NCBI GenBank assembly: GCA_951406725.2
Contig: OX597842.1
Span: 3,844,001-3,908,000, forward strand
Direction: 5' to 3'
Length of the DNA: 64,000 nt
From: Octopus vulgaris
Taxonomy: Eukaryota
Positions 15,124-27,957 of this stretch are shown here, piece by piece. Below the pieces are notes generated by a model. That model did no database searches. It was not told the origin of the DNA and was given only the letters and a program-made list of their open reading frames with translations. The translations under genes were made by a program, and so were the position numbers. Within the stretch, counting starts at the first letter, position 1. Each line of letters starts with the position of its first letter.

Positions 15124-16131
15124 ATGCTTCGATTGATCATCACGCGGGACCAAGTCAAACGTGTTATTGAAGGCCTCGATGTCAACAAGGGTCACGGCCC
15201 TGACGGCATACACCCACGGGTTATCAAAGCGTTGGCTCCGGTCATCTGCGAGCCCTTAACACGACTATTCAATATGTCATTGGCGACGGGTGTTATACCT
15301 GCAGACTGGAGAACAGCGATAATCTGCCCAATTTTCAAGAAAGGGAGCCGCGAAGACCCGCTTAACTACCGACCGGTTTCCCTTACATCAATAATCAGCA
15401 AGATGTTCGAAACCATCCTTAAGAAAAGTATGATGCTCCACCTCCTAAGCACAGCCTCGATCACTGATTCCCAACACGGCTTCGTGCCGAAGAGATCATG
15501 CTTGACCAACTTACTAGTAATGGAAGAATTGGTGACGCGCATCCTCGATGATAGTGATGCTGTTGACATCGTTTTATTGGACTTTGCCAAAGCTTTTGAC
15601 TCGGTAAACCACCGCCTACTACTTGTCAAGCTTCAAGCATATAGTTTCCATCCGGATATTGTACGATGGGTTGGTGCCTTCCTCTCAGATCGCTCCTTCC
15701 AAGTTCAAGTTAATGGTTCGCGGTCCGACGTCTCCAGTGCGAGCAGTGGCGTGCCTCAAGGTTCAGTGCTTGGGCCCTTGTTGCTCTTAGTCTTCATAAA
15801 TGACTTGCCCGACGACCTCACGCAACACACCCTTCTATTTGCCGACGATATCAAACTGGTCGCTCCCCGCGGTAGTATAGAGGATCTTCGTCGATGCCTC
15901 CACCAAATTTGGAAGTGGTCTAACGATTGGGACCTGTGTCTGAACGTGTCAAAGTGCTGTCATCTGCCTGTCGGCTCTACTCCTGCAACTCAACTTGATT
16001 TCGAGCCGGGTCGTCTGCTGCTGGAGAGGACCGATCAGGTAAAGGACCTGGGTATCTTGGTGGATTCCTCCTTTTCGCCTTCGGCCCAGTGCGTCCATGC
16101 TGCCAACAAAGCGCGCGGAATTCTGTTTTGA
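15124..16131 (+). CDS. Reverse transcriptase domain of LINE ORF2 (frameshifted at both ends)
   Basis: RT motifs DFAKAFDSV, GVPQGSVLGP and FADD. The stop at 16129-16131 arises from one missing T in gttttg (ARGILF/LIRRSFG). Confidence 0.9.
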   Translation: MLRLIITRDQVKRVIEGLDVNKGHGPDGIHPRVIKALAPVICEPLTRLFNMSLATGVIPADWRTAIICPIFKKGSREDPLNYRPVSLTSIISKMFETILKKSMMLHLLSTASITDSQHGFVPKRSCLTNLLVMEELVTRILDDSDAVDIVLLDFAKAFDSVNHRLLLVKLQAYSFHPDIVRWVGAFLSDRSFQVQVNGSRSDVSSASSGVPQGSVLGPLLLLVFINDLPDDLTQHTLLFADDIKLVAPRGSIEDLRRCLHQIWKWSNDWDLCLNVSKCCHLPVGSTPATQLDFEPGRLLLERTDQVKDLGILVDSSFSPSAQCVHAANKARGILF

Positions 16132-16637
16132 TTCGACGGTCATTCGGAATGCTCACAGCAGCCATATTCCTGCCACTCTATGTCACGCTGGTGAGACCCA
16201 TATTGGAGTATGGGATTCAAGCCTCTTCTCCTTATCTCCTCAAAGACATACAGCACCTCGAAAGAGTCCAGAGGCTGGCTACCCGCCTGGTTCATGGTCT
16301 CAAAAAATTGTCCTACGAAGAAAGGCTGAGGACGCTCGACCTTTATTCTCTTGAAAAACGCCGCCGCCGTGGTGATCTCATTCTCGCCCACAACATCATA
16401 AGCGGAAAGTGTAACCTCTCGAAAGAGCTGTTCTTCACTCCTGCTCCGGAGCGTCGGCTGCGGGGTCATTCCGAAAAGCTCTACCTGCGACGATTTCATC
16501 TCAATCGAAGGAGAGGAGCTTTCTCCGTCCGGGTTGCGGATCCGTGGAACAAGCTGCCAGACGAGATGGTGAAGATGCCGACGACCGCTTTGTTCAAAGC
16601 CTCCCTGGACCTCAAGTGGCCTGAACTCTTTGCATGA
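16089..16637 (+). CDS. C-terminal part of LINE ORF2 (continuation after frameshift)
   Basis: LYVTLVRPILEYG, LERVQRLATR, LSYEERL, RRRRGDLI and FSVRVADPWNKLP are typical of the CR1 ORF2 C-terminus. Confidence 0.85.
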   Translation: MRPCCQQSARNSVLIRRSFGMLTAAIFLPLYVTLVRPILEYGIQASSPYLLKDIQHLERVQRLATRLVHGLKKLSYEERLRTLDLYSLEKRRRRGDLILAHNIISGKCNLSKELFFTPAPERRLRGHSEKLYLRRFHLNRRRGAFSVRVADPWNKLPDEMVKMPTTALFKASLDLKWPELFA

Positions 16638-16740
16638 ACACCACCCTGTACTTAACTCCATGTCCCCCTACATGGCCTTGCTATTTGCTTTTGAGCCAAA
16701 TTAACTAACTAACTAACTAACTAACATACATACATAGACA

Positions 16741-16905
16741 GAGAGTCCGTTGCTGTGTGGTAAGAATTTTACTTCCCTAACATATGCTTCCGCGTTCAAT
16801 CCCACTGCATGACAGCTCGGGCAAATGTTTTCAACTATAGCCTCGGGCGGAGTAGAGACTTGAGAGTGGATGTGGTAGACGGAAACTGAAAGAAACCCGT
16901 CGCGT
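16741..16905 (+). mobile_element. SINE family B, 5' half
   Basis: gctgtgtggtaagaa...gttcaatcccactgc...ggtagacggaaactgaaagaaacccgtcg. Confidence 0.8.
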
Positions 16906-17495
16906 ATGTGCATAATATATGTGTGTGCGTGTATGTGTGTGTATGTGTGTGTATATGTGTGTGCGTGTGCATATATATATATAAATAATATATAAATATA
17001 TGCATATATACATACATATAAGTACATACCTATATATATATGTATATATTCATGCATATATGGGTACAGGACATCAAAAAAACGTTGAACACGATGAGAA
17101 ACGAAAACATAAAAACAAAAATATGGAAACGAACTATTTTCCAGACAACGGAAAACCAGAGTACAAGACATACAACACAAGGAATATTCCCCTTCTTCAG
17201 TTGTCCCTGTTTCATCTACTTCCACGTTTCGAAGGTAAGGACAAGACGCGACTTCGTTCAAACAGTCCTTCCCGCAAAGCAAATTAATTAAAATTTGGGA
17301 TTTTTTTGGAGGGGTAGAAGTGGTAACAAGAACAGGACAGTAAGAACAAAACAAGACAGTAAAAACAGTAAAAGTCAGAACAAAGACAATAACACGGTAA
17401 AAACAAACGATGAGGGTTGTTAACACTTCCAATCAGTTAAGATGAGAAGCCACGAGAGCCATCGTCTGGTATTATTATTATTATTATTATTATTA

Positions 17496-17803
17496 CTTTT
17501 TTTTCTTCTTTCAAATTTGCTTCCATTTCTTGCCGAGTGTCTTCCCGACTCCTAGGGCAAAGAAACTCATAGTGTATATTGGTAGGCCATTAAACCAAAC
17601 TCAGTAGTTCGTTCATTTTTTTTTTTTTTTAAGTCAAATTAAAATACATGAGCAGCAACACTTCTCACATCGACAATGCTCTTCTCAATACGTGTGATGT
17701 ACCAGTTAAGACAATCTTTTGCACTTCTTGCAGGGATGGTAAGCCAGGGATCATTCTCATATAATTTTCGGTTCCCTTCTTGATCATTCCTAGTGCTCCT
17801 ACG
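17496..17803 (-). mobile_element. 3' end of a second R4/Dong-like retrotransposon family, in (AAT)n
   Basis: Minus strand IVGALGMIKKGTENYMRMIPGLPSLQEVQKIVLTGTSHVLRRALSM*, then a 3' UTR and an A-rich end. (TAA)n on both flanks. Confidence 0.8.
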
Positions 17804-17816
17804 ATTATTATTATTA

Positions 17817-17875
<59 letters not shown>

Positions 17876-17901
17876 AAAAAATTAATTATTGAAATAAAAG
17901 A

Positions 17902-17969
<68 letters not shown>

Positions 17970-18554
17970 GTGACAAACTTCTGTACAGTTTCCATCTACC
18001 ATATCTACTCACAAGGCATTGGTCAAACCGGAGCTATGACAGAAGACACCCGCCCCTGATACCACACAGTGTGACTAAACATGAAACCATAACCACACAG
18101 CCTATGTAACCTACGCCTACATAATTAATAATATTTTTACATTTCTGCTTTGTTGATGTTGTTCGTGTCGTTGTTGTTGTTGTTGTTGTTATGGTCGTCG
18201 TTATTTGATATGTTTTTAAGCCGCGCCATTCAATCCTTCCAATCAACTCCCCAGAGAATACAGGACGAGACAATATGGCCGACTAATTGGTGAATAAATA
18301 GAATAAGTTCGTTTGTGATGCCATTGGAAAACAAGCGGTCGTGTTTGTGTGTATAGTGTAGCTGTTGCAGCTCTGTGTTACTGTTAGTGTGCGTGTTTGC
18401 GTGTATGTGTTACATGTATGTGTGTGTGTGTCTGTATGTGTATATATATAATAATATATATTATATAATAATAATGATAATAATAATAATAATGATAATA
18501 ATAACAATGATAATAATAATGGATGCAAATTTTGCTACAACAGCAGCAATTTTG

Positions 18555-18712
18555 CGGGGAGGGGATCAGTCGATTATATCGACCCTAATGTTTCACTGGT
18601 ATTTATTTATCGATCCTGAAAGGAAATTTGAGCTCAGAACATAAAAGACGGATGAAATGCTGCTAAACATTTTCCCCGGTGTGCTAACGATTCTGCCAGC
18701 TCGCCGCCCTTA
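18555..18712 (-). mobile_element. SINE family A, internally deleted
   Basis: Reverse complement ggcggcgagctggcagaatcgttagcacaccgggg...gttctgagctcaaatt. Confidence 0.8.
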
Positions 18713-18759
18713 AAAAGAAAAAAGCACAGAAGGGGACAATAAAAATAATAGACTCTTAA

Positions 18760-19230
18760 GGCTTCTGATCTTAAGTATTGGTAGCGTTATCATGTACATT
18801 GTTTTGTCTTTGGTATAAAAGATTGGCTACAGCAAATATTCTGCTCAATACCACAGATTTGCTCGTTAGTTACTTGACCCTTACTGGCTGACGACATGTG
18901 CATCTCTGATCACGAGCAGAAGTAGTGGGGAAGCATCATAGCCATGTGTTGAGAGGAATTCTTTGGAGTTTGGATAACTCACCTCTATAAACATGGTTAT
19001 TTCCTTCATCATCCTTAAACAAGTCTTACTCAGGGACATTTTATGTGGGATGAGCCATGTGACCTGAAGAAAATTCGACCTGCGCCCCATCTGCTAGGAC
19101 CTGTGCTGTTGTGATGGATGAGCTTGGTGTATGTACCCTTATCAGACTTGTAGTCATAATGGATACATTGGGCTTCGTATATTTTACCCCACTGTCACTT
19201 TGGTGGCATACGCCTCTCTCTCACGCAAGA
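18760..19230 (+). mobile_element. Non-autonomous (AAT)n-associated repeat
   Basis: Homologous to 1879-2322 and 38266-38783. Ends ctctctcacgcaag followed by (AAT)n. Confidence 0.75.
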
Positions 19231-20728
19231 ATAATAATAATAACGACAACAACAACGATGATGGACTCTCCCGTCGAAAACAACATATGAGCGTTCAGCT
19301 CTTGCCGAACGACCTGTAGAAATGATTTCTTTATAGTGATCAGATCTTTATGATGTACATTACCTCACTCCCTCCATCAAATTGATGTTACTTGAATAGG
19401 AGCATGGTGTATCACACGTCAGGTGTCGAAGAGATTGCAGAGTAACATGAGATGAAGTGTTTTACTCAAGAATACAATGCACCACCCGGTCTAGGAATTG
19501 AAACCACAATCTCTAGCAGTGCACCCTAAGAAGAAGAAGAAGAACAACAACAACAACAACAACAACAACAATAATAAAAATAATAATAGTAGTAATTTCA
19601 TTGGGTACGTAATCGTTCTATTTACCTTATTAAGCTCATCCACGGATATTGACCGTACGACAAACTCTAAGCTGGAGATTATTTTGTTTAATAATTAAAT
19701 GTCAGAAAATCCATAGGTTTTATAATGACAAATAGGTAGAATGGAGTGATGGACTCATTTTATACTACTTCAGTTTGCAATTGTTTCACTTCAATTCAAT
19801 CTTGCAACATTATGTAATAATAAATGTAACTATTGATTACTTTCCAGTTGATCCTAATACATGTTGGATCAGAATTTTTAGAACTGCGTATAAAACATAA
19901 CAGGATATTATTTTATACGTAATTTTGAAGAATCTCATTCAGCATGTGTGAATTGGGTAGCGTGAAAGAAATTAGCAGTTGTGTGTATTATTATATATTA
20001 TTGTAAGATTGATTTTTTTAATTCAGCTGAAATAATTGTAAACTGAAGCTATAAAATTACTCTTTTACGTATTACTTGCTTCAGTCATTAAACTGCGGCC
20101 ATGCTGGAGCACTGCCTTGTTTGTTCACTCCATTTGTTTTATTTGTCATTATATATGTGTGTGTTTGTGTCTTAGTGTTGCTTTTTTATGATCTGGTGAT
20201 TTCGCGCTTCAGCAATAGAAACGGATAGTGTAAGTACCGGACTTACAACAAAATAACAATGAAGAATTCCTAGGAGGTAAATAGTTCGACAAAAACCTTT
20301 CAAGGATATGGTTTAGTATGGCCGCATTCCAATAACTGAAATATGTAAAAAAGAAAATTAATGATACAGTATTAGTTATATAGAAATATTAGTAATAATG
20401 AGAGAAAGACAGAGAGAAGAGAAAAATAAAGGGAGGAAGGGAGAGACAAACAGAGAGAGAAAGAGAAAGAGGGAGAAAGAAACAGAGAGGGAGAGACAGA
20501 AAGTGAGATGTCGGATAGCAACAGAAAGCACAAAACCATTTGGAAAGTGAAAGTAGAAATTGCTGATATTTTCAGATGGAATTCCTTGATTCATTAATAA
20601 TGTTGGGTGGGGTGGGGGTTGTGCTGGTAAGGTTTGGCTTTATGCTGTTGTGGTTTTTATACTGATGTAGTTGTTGAGATAATGAGGTTTATATATATAT
20701 ATATACACACACATGCATATATATGCGT

Positions 20729-20759
<31 letters not shown>

Positions 20760-20866
20760 CAAATATACAGAGAGAGGGAGGGGGAGAGAGATATATATGC
20801 ATGAGTTTTGCAGACATATATATGTATGTATGAATGTATGTATGTATGCATGTATATATATATTTG

Positions 20867-20933
<67 letters not shown>

Positions 20934-20943
<10 letters not shown>

Positions 20944-21166
20944 AGGGCTTAGTAAAATAAATTACTTTGCCACATACTGAACTCATTAGAAATAGCAGCT
21001 AAAGAAATTTCTTCAGCTATTTCTAATACTTAAAGAAGATCTCTCTCAGATAGAGAGAGATCTTCTTTAAGTATTAGAAATAGCTGAAGAAATTTCTTTA
21101 GCTGCTATTTCTAATGAGTTCAGTATGTGGCAAAGTAATTTATTTTACTAAGCCCTTATATATAAT
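20934..21166. repeat. Perfect inverted repeat, 114-bp arms, 5-nt spacer
   Basis: 20934-21047 is the reverse complement of 21053-21166, with spacer agata. Each arm contains its own internal hairpin attagaaatagc...gctatttctaat. Confidence 0.92.
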
Positions 21167-21259
21167 GTAATATTTTGAATTCGCCTATAATGGTCCCTTT
21201 ACATACTGAATACTTGGTGAAATTGATTAATAATTAATTAATTTTACCCTCAATTGTTG

Positions 21260-21297
<38 letters not shown>

Positions 21298-21785
21298 GGA
21301 TCACGCCAAGGACCCATAATCCTTTAAGAGATGCTTGCATCCTAGTTCTCCGGTTTATACCAGTGTTCAATGAAAACTAAATACTTTAGTTTTGCATTGG
21401 TGTATATTGGTATCTAAGATATTTATGAATGAGAAAAAAGAAGAAAATGGAGAAATTGACGTACAGACATCAGTTTATTCAAAGATATTCCAATTAATAT
21501 GAAATGAAATTTTTATTCCTACAGCCGTTTCCATATCCAATTAGTTCAATTGGAGAAATTAAATAAAGAGAGTTAAATTAATTTAAAATTTTCAAATTGA
21601 AACTGATCGAATGACATTCAAACGTGTTGGTTGACCCTTGACAGACACATCTCTTATTTTACTTTTATTTTGCTATTTTTACTTTTATTCTCTTATTTCT
21701 CTTTATACTTCTTATTTCCATGTTTTTCCAAAATAACTCCTTATATTCAAATCTAATATTTCCTTCTTTTTAACCATCTCACATC

Positions 21786-21833
21786 GTCTCTGATGAAGGG
21801 ATGTCCCTAATATCCCTGAAACAGCTGTAAGAC
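21786..21833 (+). ncRNA. Type I hammerhead ribozyme, intact core
   Basis: gucu CUGAUGA agggau(gucccuaau)aucccu GAAA cagcug UA agac. Stem I is 4 bp, stem II 6 bp and stem III the palindrome ACAGCUGU. Predicted cleavage after A21829. Confidence 0.82.
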
Positions 21834-21983
21834 TAACTTTCTCTTTGTAATTATCCTGAAAATTCCACACAGCCTTGGCTTTGTTGTCTCATTTTATTTA
21901 ACACACACTCACACACATACGTATGTATGTATATATGTATGTATTTGGATGTTACATAAATTTTTGCATCTATGCATACATAT

Positions 21984-22067
<84 letters not shown>

Positions 22068-22104
22068 ATATATATGTATGCATGTATACATAAGATATAG
22101 ATAT

Positions 22105-22708
22105 GTTTCTTTATTAGCCACACAGAGCTGAACACAGACGGGGCAAATTACAAAGTAGCACTTTTCTTTTTGGGGAGAAAAGAAAAAAAAAGTGGGGTAG
22201 GTTTTCGATTAAAAAGGATCGTAAAAAAGAAAGAAAAAAACGATCAATAGGGATCGTGTATCACAGAAACGTCATGATGTAAAGTGTAAATGGGGAAACA
22301 GATAAAGTTTATCCGTGGAAAGAAAAGCCTACGGAAAAGACCACGGTAACCTTGGTCAATAATTTTACATGTTAACACATTTATTTGCAAGTAAGTAACT
22401 CTGTTTTAAATTTCTCCGGGTTCATAGGATCATGCTCAAGGTGGCTTCGTCATTCATACGTGCCATCCTTGCTACATTCACCCATCTTTTTTTAAAACAT
22501 TCGCTAGACAAAACTTGCCTCTCTACTCTCACTTTCCTTTTCAAGTGATACTTGAAGAAGTTGATGAGAGATTGACCAGAGAAGAAAGTGTTTGTCTCTA
22601 ATCCTTTCAGATGCGTCCACCAGATACATTCTTTCGCCATAGCCACAAGAATGATGAAAGTAGCCCTTCCTTCCCGTTTGAAGGAAAGAGGCGGGACGAT
22701 ATTGACGA
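22105..22708 (-). mobile_element. Tx1/L1-like LINE 3' fragment
   Basis: ORF 22422-22718 is nearly identical to the C-terminus of 39703-40224. The same 3' UTR ends aataaagaaac. Confidence 0.88.
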
Positions 22709-23477
22709 ATACGTACATATATATAGGTACTGTTGTTGCTGTTAGTGATGATGATGATCGTGTGACTGTTACTCAATTTGATATTATTTTTTTAAATCTA
22801 TGTTTTAGTCTCTATTTTCAATGTGTTTCTTTCCTGTTAACGCATGGGATGTGTTCTGCCTGGCTGTAAAAGGCCTGCAAGACTTTGTGTCGCGTGGAGC
22901 CGATTCAAACTGTTTTCAATAACAATATATGTAACTCCTTACTAAATGTACTGAGCGACTTTTTCTTTCGTTTGTCCACTCACCATTGAGAAAGAGAGAG
23001 AGAAAGATATCATGATGTATGTACGTATGTATTCATTATTGCAAACATTGAAACCCTATCGATTTCATAAACCTGTCCCAGATTATCTTAAACAAATATT
23101 GAAAGTCTTAATTAATTGCTTTCATAAAAGTTTGTGTGTGAGTGTATGTGCAAGTGTGTATATATATATATATATGCATGTATATACATATATATATGTG
23201 TATGTATGTATGTATATGTGTACACACACACACATATATATGTCCGTGTGTGTGTGTGTGTGTGAAAACGGGATGTCTACTGGTACACTGGGTACAGCGT
23301 AGAAATTTAGACACGTTAATACACACATGTTTGTGTTATTTTTGTATGTTTATGCGTGTGTGTGTATGTGTGTGCAAATATATATATATGTATATATATA
23401 TATATGTGTGTGTATATTTATCCACATATATGTATATGAATGTATGTATGAGATGCATTCCAGAAATTTTTCCATTT

Positions 23478-23857
23478 ACTCTTTTACACTTTTGTTTCAG
23501 TCATTTGACTGCGGCCATGCTGGAGCACCGCAATTATTCGAGCAAATCGCCCCCAGGACTTATTCTTTGTAAGCCTAGTACTTATTCTATCAGTCTCTTT
23601 TGCCGAACTGCTAAGTTACAGGGACGTAAACATACCACCATCAAGCGATGTTGGGGGGACAAACACAAACAAACACACACACACACAAATATACATATAT
23701 ACGACGGGCTTCTCTCAGTTTCCGTCTACCAAATCCACTCACAAAGCTTTGGTCGGCCCGAGGCTATAGTAGAAGACACAATTGCCCAAGGTGCCACGCA
23801 GTGGGACTGAACCCGGAACCATCTAGTTGGTAAGCAAGCTACTTACCACACAGCCAC
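23478..23857 (-). mobile_element. SINE family B, near full length
   Basis: Reverse complement of 24675-25101. Confidence 0.9.
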
Positions 23858-23879
23858 ATTTATCAGTTTCTATGAAGTA

Positions 23880-24672
23880 CAAAATTGAAACCTCCTTCAA
23901 ATTAGGCGGCGCCTCTGGCTTTACTGCATGTGTTGTATTGTTCCAAAGGCTTTGTGATGGCTCCATGGAAGCTTTCGAAGGCGACGGTGTCCAGGATCCT
24001 TGTCACAACCTCCTTCATCTTTTCTTTCAGCTTGAGGAACAGCCAGAAAGCCAGACGGGTCCTGATCTGAACTGTGGGAAAGTTGAGGAACAGTTTTCAT
24101 GCTCAGCTCTGTCAAGTAATTTATTTCCAGGGTGGAAATGTGGATTGGTCCGTTGTCCTTGTGCAGGTTCTCGGGTCTTTTGCCACAAAACCTCTCGCTG
24201 GACTCTCACAAAGCTTCCACAAAAGGCTCTTTGAGGACCACCTGACCATAGGAAACCCAGTGGACGTAGATAATGGCCTTGCAATTGAAAAGAGGAATCA
24301 TCATGAACTTCGCGGTGGGCTTGCTTTGCTTGGTCTCTTGTCCCAGTAAAAAACAGACATTTCGTTCATACAAGTTCATTCTTGAGCAGTTTGGATCATT
24401 TCGTAAGTTTTCACAGCGTTTTTGCTCAGTTTAGCCTAAAACTTTATTGCATAAGGAGCTTCCAATTTGTCTTCACATCCCGCCTGCATTCTGGAAATTA
24501 GCCAGCAGCGACAAGCAGGGTGTGTTCAAAGTGTTGTTACAGCGGTGTCCTTCGAACTGGAATAATATTAGGTGGCAGGTCAGCTTATTCAATGTATAGT
24601 AATTATGTACTAAAATTACAGTAATTTAGGACAATTATGACGGCTTCTTAAAACAATCACTAAACTTCTGAA
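23880..24672 (-). mobile_element. Decayed mariner-like transposon
   Basis: Minus-strand frameshifted peptide ...AFWLFLKL...KMKEVVTRILDTVAFESFHGAITKPLEQYNTC..ARG resembles the mariner C-terminus (SPDLAPCDFWLFPKLK). Confidence 0.6.
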
Positions 24673-24674
24673 AT

Positions 24675-25101
24675 GCACAGGAGTGGCTGTGTGGTAAGTA
24701 GCTTGCTTACCAACCACATGGTTCCGGGTTCAGTCCCACTGTGTGGCACTTTGGGCAAGTGTCTTCTACTATAGCCTCGGGCCGACTAAAGCCTTGTGAG
24801 TAGATTTAGTAGACGGTAACTGAAAGAAGCTCGTCGTATATATGTATATATATATATGTGTGTGTGTGTTAGTGTGTGTTTGTTTGTCTGTGTTTGTCCC
24901 CCCCCCCCCCCAGCATCGCTTGACAACCGATGCTGATGTGTTTACGTCCCTGTAACTTAGTGGTTCGGCAAAAGAGACCGATAGAATAAGTACTGGGCTT
25001 ACAAAGAATAAGTCCCGGGGTCGAGTTGCTCGACTAAAGGCTGTGCTCCAGCATGGCCACAGTCAAATGACTGAAACAAGTAAAAGAGTAAGAGTAAAGA
25101 G
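24675..25101 (+). mobile_element. tRNA-derived SINE family B, full length
   Basis: gtggctgtgtggtaag A box, gggttcagtccc B box, ctttgggcaagt CORE-like motif, internal (TA)(TG) microsatellite and a (gtaaaaga)n tail. Confidence 0.92.
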
Positions 25102-25594
25102 CACCTAGTATACACATATACACATCCGCGCGCACACACACAAACAAACAAACAAACACAGTACGCACATCAGCTAACATCTCTTGCTGTTTTATTAACG
25201 AAAAATTCGTTCTGTCCTGACTGTGAAGGGCAGATTTGGTGTTGGTAAGTAGCGACACTAAAAAATGCCGAAAGGCATGGTCCTACAAGCCAATAAGGTC
25301 GTTCACAACCCAGTGTTCTCACATCTGTCGTCTGGGAGGAAAATTTCCTCTCGGGACTATTTCTGCAATTAAACGTCTTCTCACGTCCGAGTGTACCTGA
25401 GCATGTTATATATATAGCAAAATTTCACAGCTCTAGTATCACTGCTTCATAATCACCCGACGAAACTTTCAGGCCATCAACGTAGAAATGTTATCAACGT
25501 AGAAATGTTAAAAAACAAATCTAGTGAAAATTTGAAAATGTTCTCGTGGGTAGAAAAATTCATGAAGATCCACAACAAATACCTGTACAGCCTC

Positions 25595-25641
25595 CACCAC
25601 CACCACCACCACCAACACTACTGCCATTGCTGCAGAGGCTG

Positions 25642-25690
<49 letters not shown>

Positions 25691-26063
25691 GAGCTCCCTA
25701 TAACTACTACAACTAATTCTATATATACTACTCTTACCATCACCACCATCACTTCAACCATCAGCCAACACCACCACTACATCACCACCATCACCATAAT
25801 CACCAACACCACTACTACAACAAGCACCACCACCACCACTACTACCTCTACGACCACAACCATTACTACCACTCCCGCCGCCACCACCACCGCTACTACT
25901 ACTACAACCAACACCACCAGCAGTAGCACGCCACCACCATCACCACCACCACCATCATTACTAGTAATACTACTACAACCAACACCACCAGCAGTAGCAC
26001 GTCACCACCATTACCACCACCACCATCACCACAAACACCACCAACACCAACAACACCACCACC

Positions 26064-26104
<41 letters not shown>

Positions 26105-26148
26105 AACTACTACTACATCCAGCACCACTAGCAGTAGCACACCACCAT

Positions 26149-26212
<64 letters not shown>

Positions 26213-26220
26213 ACAACTAC
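25595..26220. repeat. (CCA)n/(CTA)n compound tract
   Basis: Directly visible. Confidence 0.9.
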
Positions 26221-26307
26221 TGCACAGTAATTATAATATGAAAGCAAGGCAACAAACAGTATGGCAGTGAAACACTAGTTAACATGAAAAATTAATTTGC
26301 ACGCGCG

Positions 26308-26355
<48 letters not shown>

Positions 26356-27190
26356 CATGCGTGTGTATGTGTACGGTTGTATGTGTGTTTCTGTGTGTGC
26401 ATGTGTACCTGCATGTGTATACGTGTATATGCTTGTGAGTCGTACGTGTGCGTTTGTTTATAAACGTATATGTGTGTATGAGCTACAAGAGGTCTGCCTT
26501 CCACCCGCCGACAATTCATATCTATCTATCAATCGGCACTTCAAAACCACCCAACCCCCATCACCAGGCCACCCCGGGCCACCCAGCAACCCCTTTATTT
26601 TCAAATTACCAAAAAATACATACAACGCAAGAGAATGGGAGGTGGGAGAGAGAGAGGGCAGATGAGAAAATAAGGGGTGTGTCTTCTACCCGAAACCCAC
26701 CTCCACCCCTATTCTTCCACCCTTAACAGCAATAAGGATACCTATTTAACACGTGGAGTATTCGCTTGTTTAAAGAGGGTAGCTACTTGGGAGCCACTTG
26801 TGCCGTGTTAAGTAGATTTTTACCTTGGAGGTATGTATGTACGTATCTAGGATAAAGGGGTAGGTGATACGGGTAGCTTGGGGTGGGGGCTAGTGTTGGT
26901 AGAGTGAGAGAGAAGTGGTGGAGAATGGCGAGGCGTTATTTCCTTGTAGTTGTTGATGTTGCTTACGTTCTTTTAACATTTGTCTTTTGTTCTTTACTTG
27001 TGTCAGTCATTAGACTGCGGTCATGCTGGAGTACCTCCTTGAAGACTTCTTAAGGTGAAGGTATCGACCTCAGTATTCATTATTTTTGTTTTCTTGTAAA
27101 ACCTGCTTCTTATTCTATCGGTATCTTTTGCCGAACCACTAGGCAAGGGTGACGTAAAGACACCAATAAATATATATAGATATATATATA

Positions 27191-27608
27191 CTCTTTACTC
27201 TTTTACTCTTTTACTTGTTTCAGTCATTTGACTGTGGTCATGCTGGAGCACCACCTTTTAGTCGAGCAAATCGACCCCAGGACTTATTCTTTGTAAGCCT
27301 AGTACTTATTCGTTCGGTTTCTTTTGCCGAACCGCTAAGTTACGAGGGACGTAAACACACCAGCATCGGTTGTCAAGCGATGTTGTGGGGACAAACACAG
27401 ACACACAAACATATACACATACGCATACATATATATACATATATACGACCGGCTTCTTTCAGTTTCCGTCTACCAAATCCACTCACAAGGTTTTGGTTGA
27501 CCCGAGGCTATAGTAGAAGACACTTGCCCAAGGTGCCACGCAGTGAGACTGTACCCGGAACCATGTGGTTGGTAAGCAAGCTACTTAGCAAACAGCCACT
27601 CCTACGCC
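27191..27608 (-). mobile_element. SINE family B, full length
   Basis: Reverse complement of 24675-25101. Confidence 0.92.
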
Positions 27609-27726
27609 TATATATATATATACTTAGATATCTATATAGAGTATTAAATTTTTACAAATTTATTACCAGTGGCCTAGCATGTATAAAAAAGTCAATAGAC
27701 AACATACTATTCAATATAAAATAGTG

Positions 27727-27896
27727 TACATTTAAACACTAAGAGAAATTTACCTATAACAAGCAGGGTTAAAGCTTATATTTTTCATTCCCTTTAAAAT
27801 TGCTTAAATTTTTGGGGGAGTCTTTAGTCGTTTTGACTATCTCCTAGTGTGTAGAAATTGCCTGTTATAGGTAATTTCTCTTTGTGTTTAAATGTA
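27727..27896. repeat. Inverted repeat with ~35-bp arms
   Basis: tacatttaaacactaagagaaatttacctataaca versus tgttataggtaatttctctttgtgtttaaatgta. Confidence 0.75.
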
Positions 27897-27924
27897 TATT
27901 ATTGTATATATATATAAGTGTGTG

Positions 27925-27957
<33 letters not shown>

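Larger units (their letters stand above)
14882..16725 (+). mobile_element. CR1-clade LINE, 5'-truncated, with (CTAA)n tail
   Basis: Continuous ORF2 homology (NPKTFFAHI, GPDGIHP, NYRPVSLTS, QHGF, DFAKAFDSV, GVPQGSVLGP, FADD, KDLGI, VRPILEYG, LERVQR, RGDLI, WNKLP), short 3' UTR and a tandem taac tail at 16701-16725. Confidence 0.93.

Noticed and set aside
26712-26826. Possible pre-miRNA hairpin (ctatttaacacg / cgtgttaagtag)
   Set aside because: Only a 12-bp stem around a large, poorly paired interior, and no recognisable mature miRNA.
27215-27724. Recurrent peptide [12 protein letters not shown] in several ORFs
   Set aside because: It is the antisense translation of the SINE family B tail, not a protein domain.
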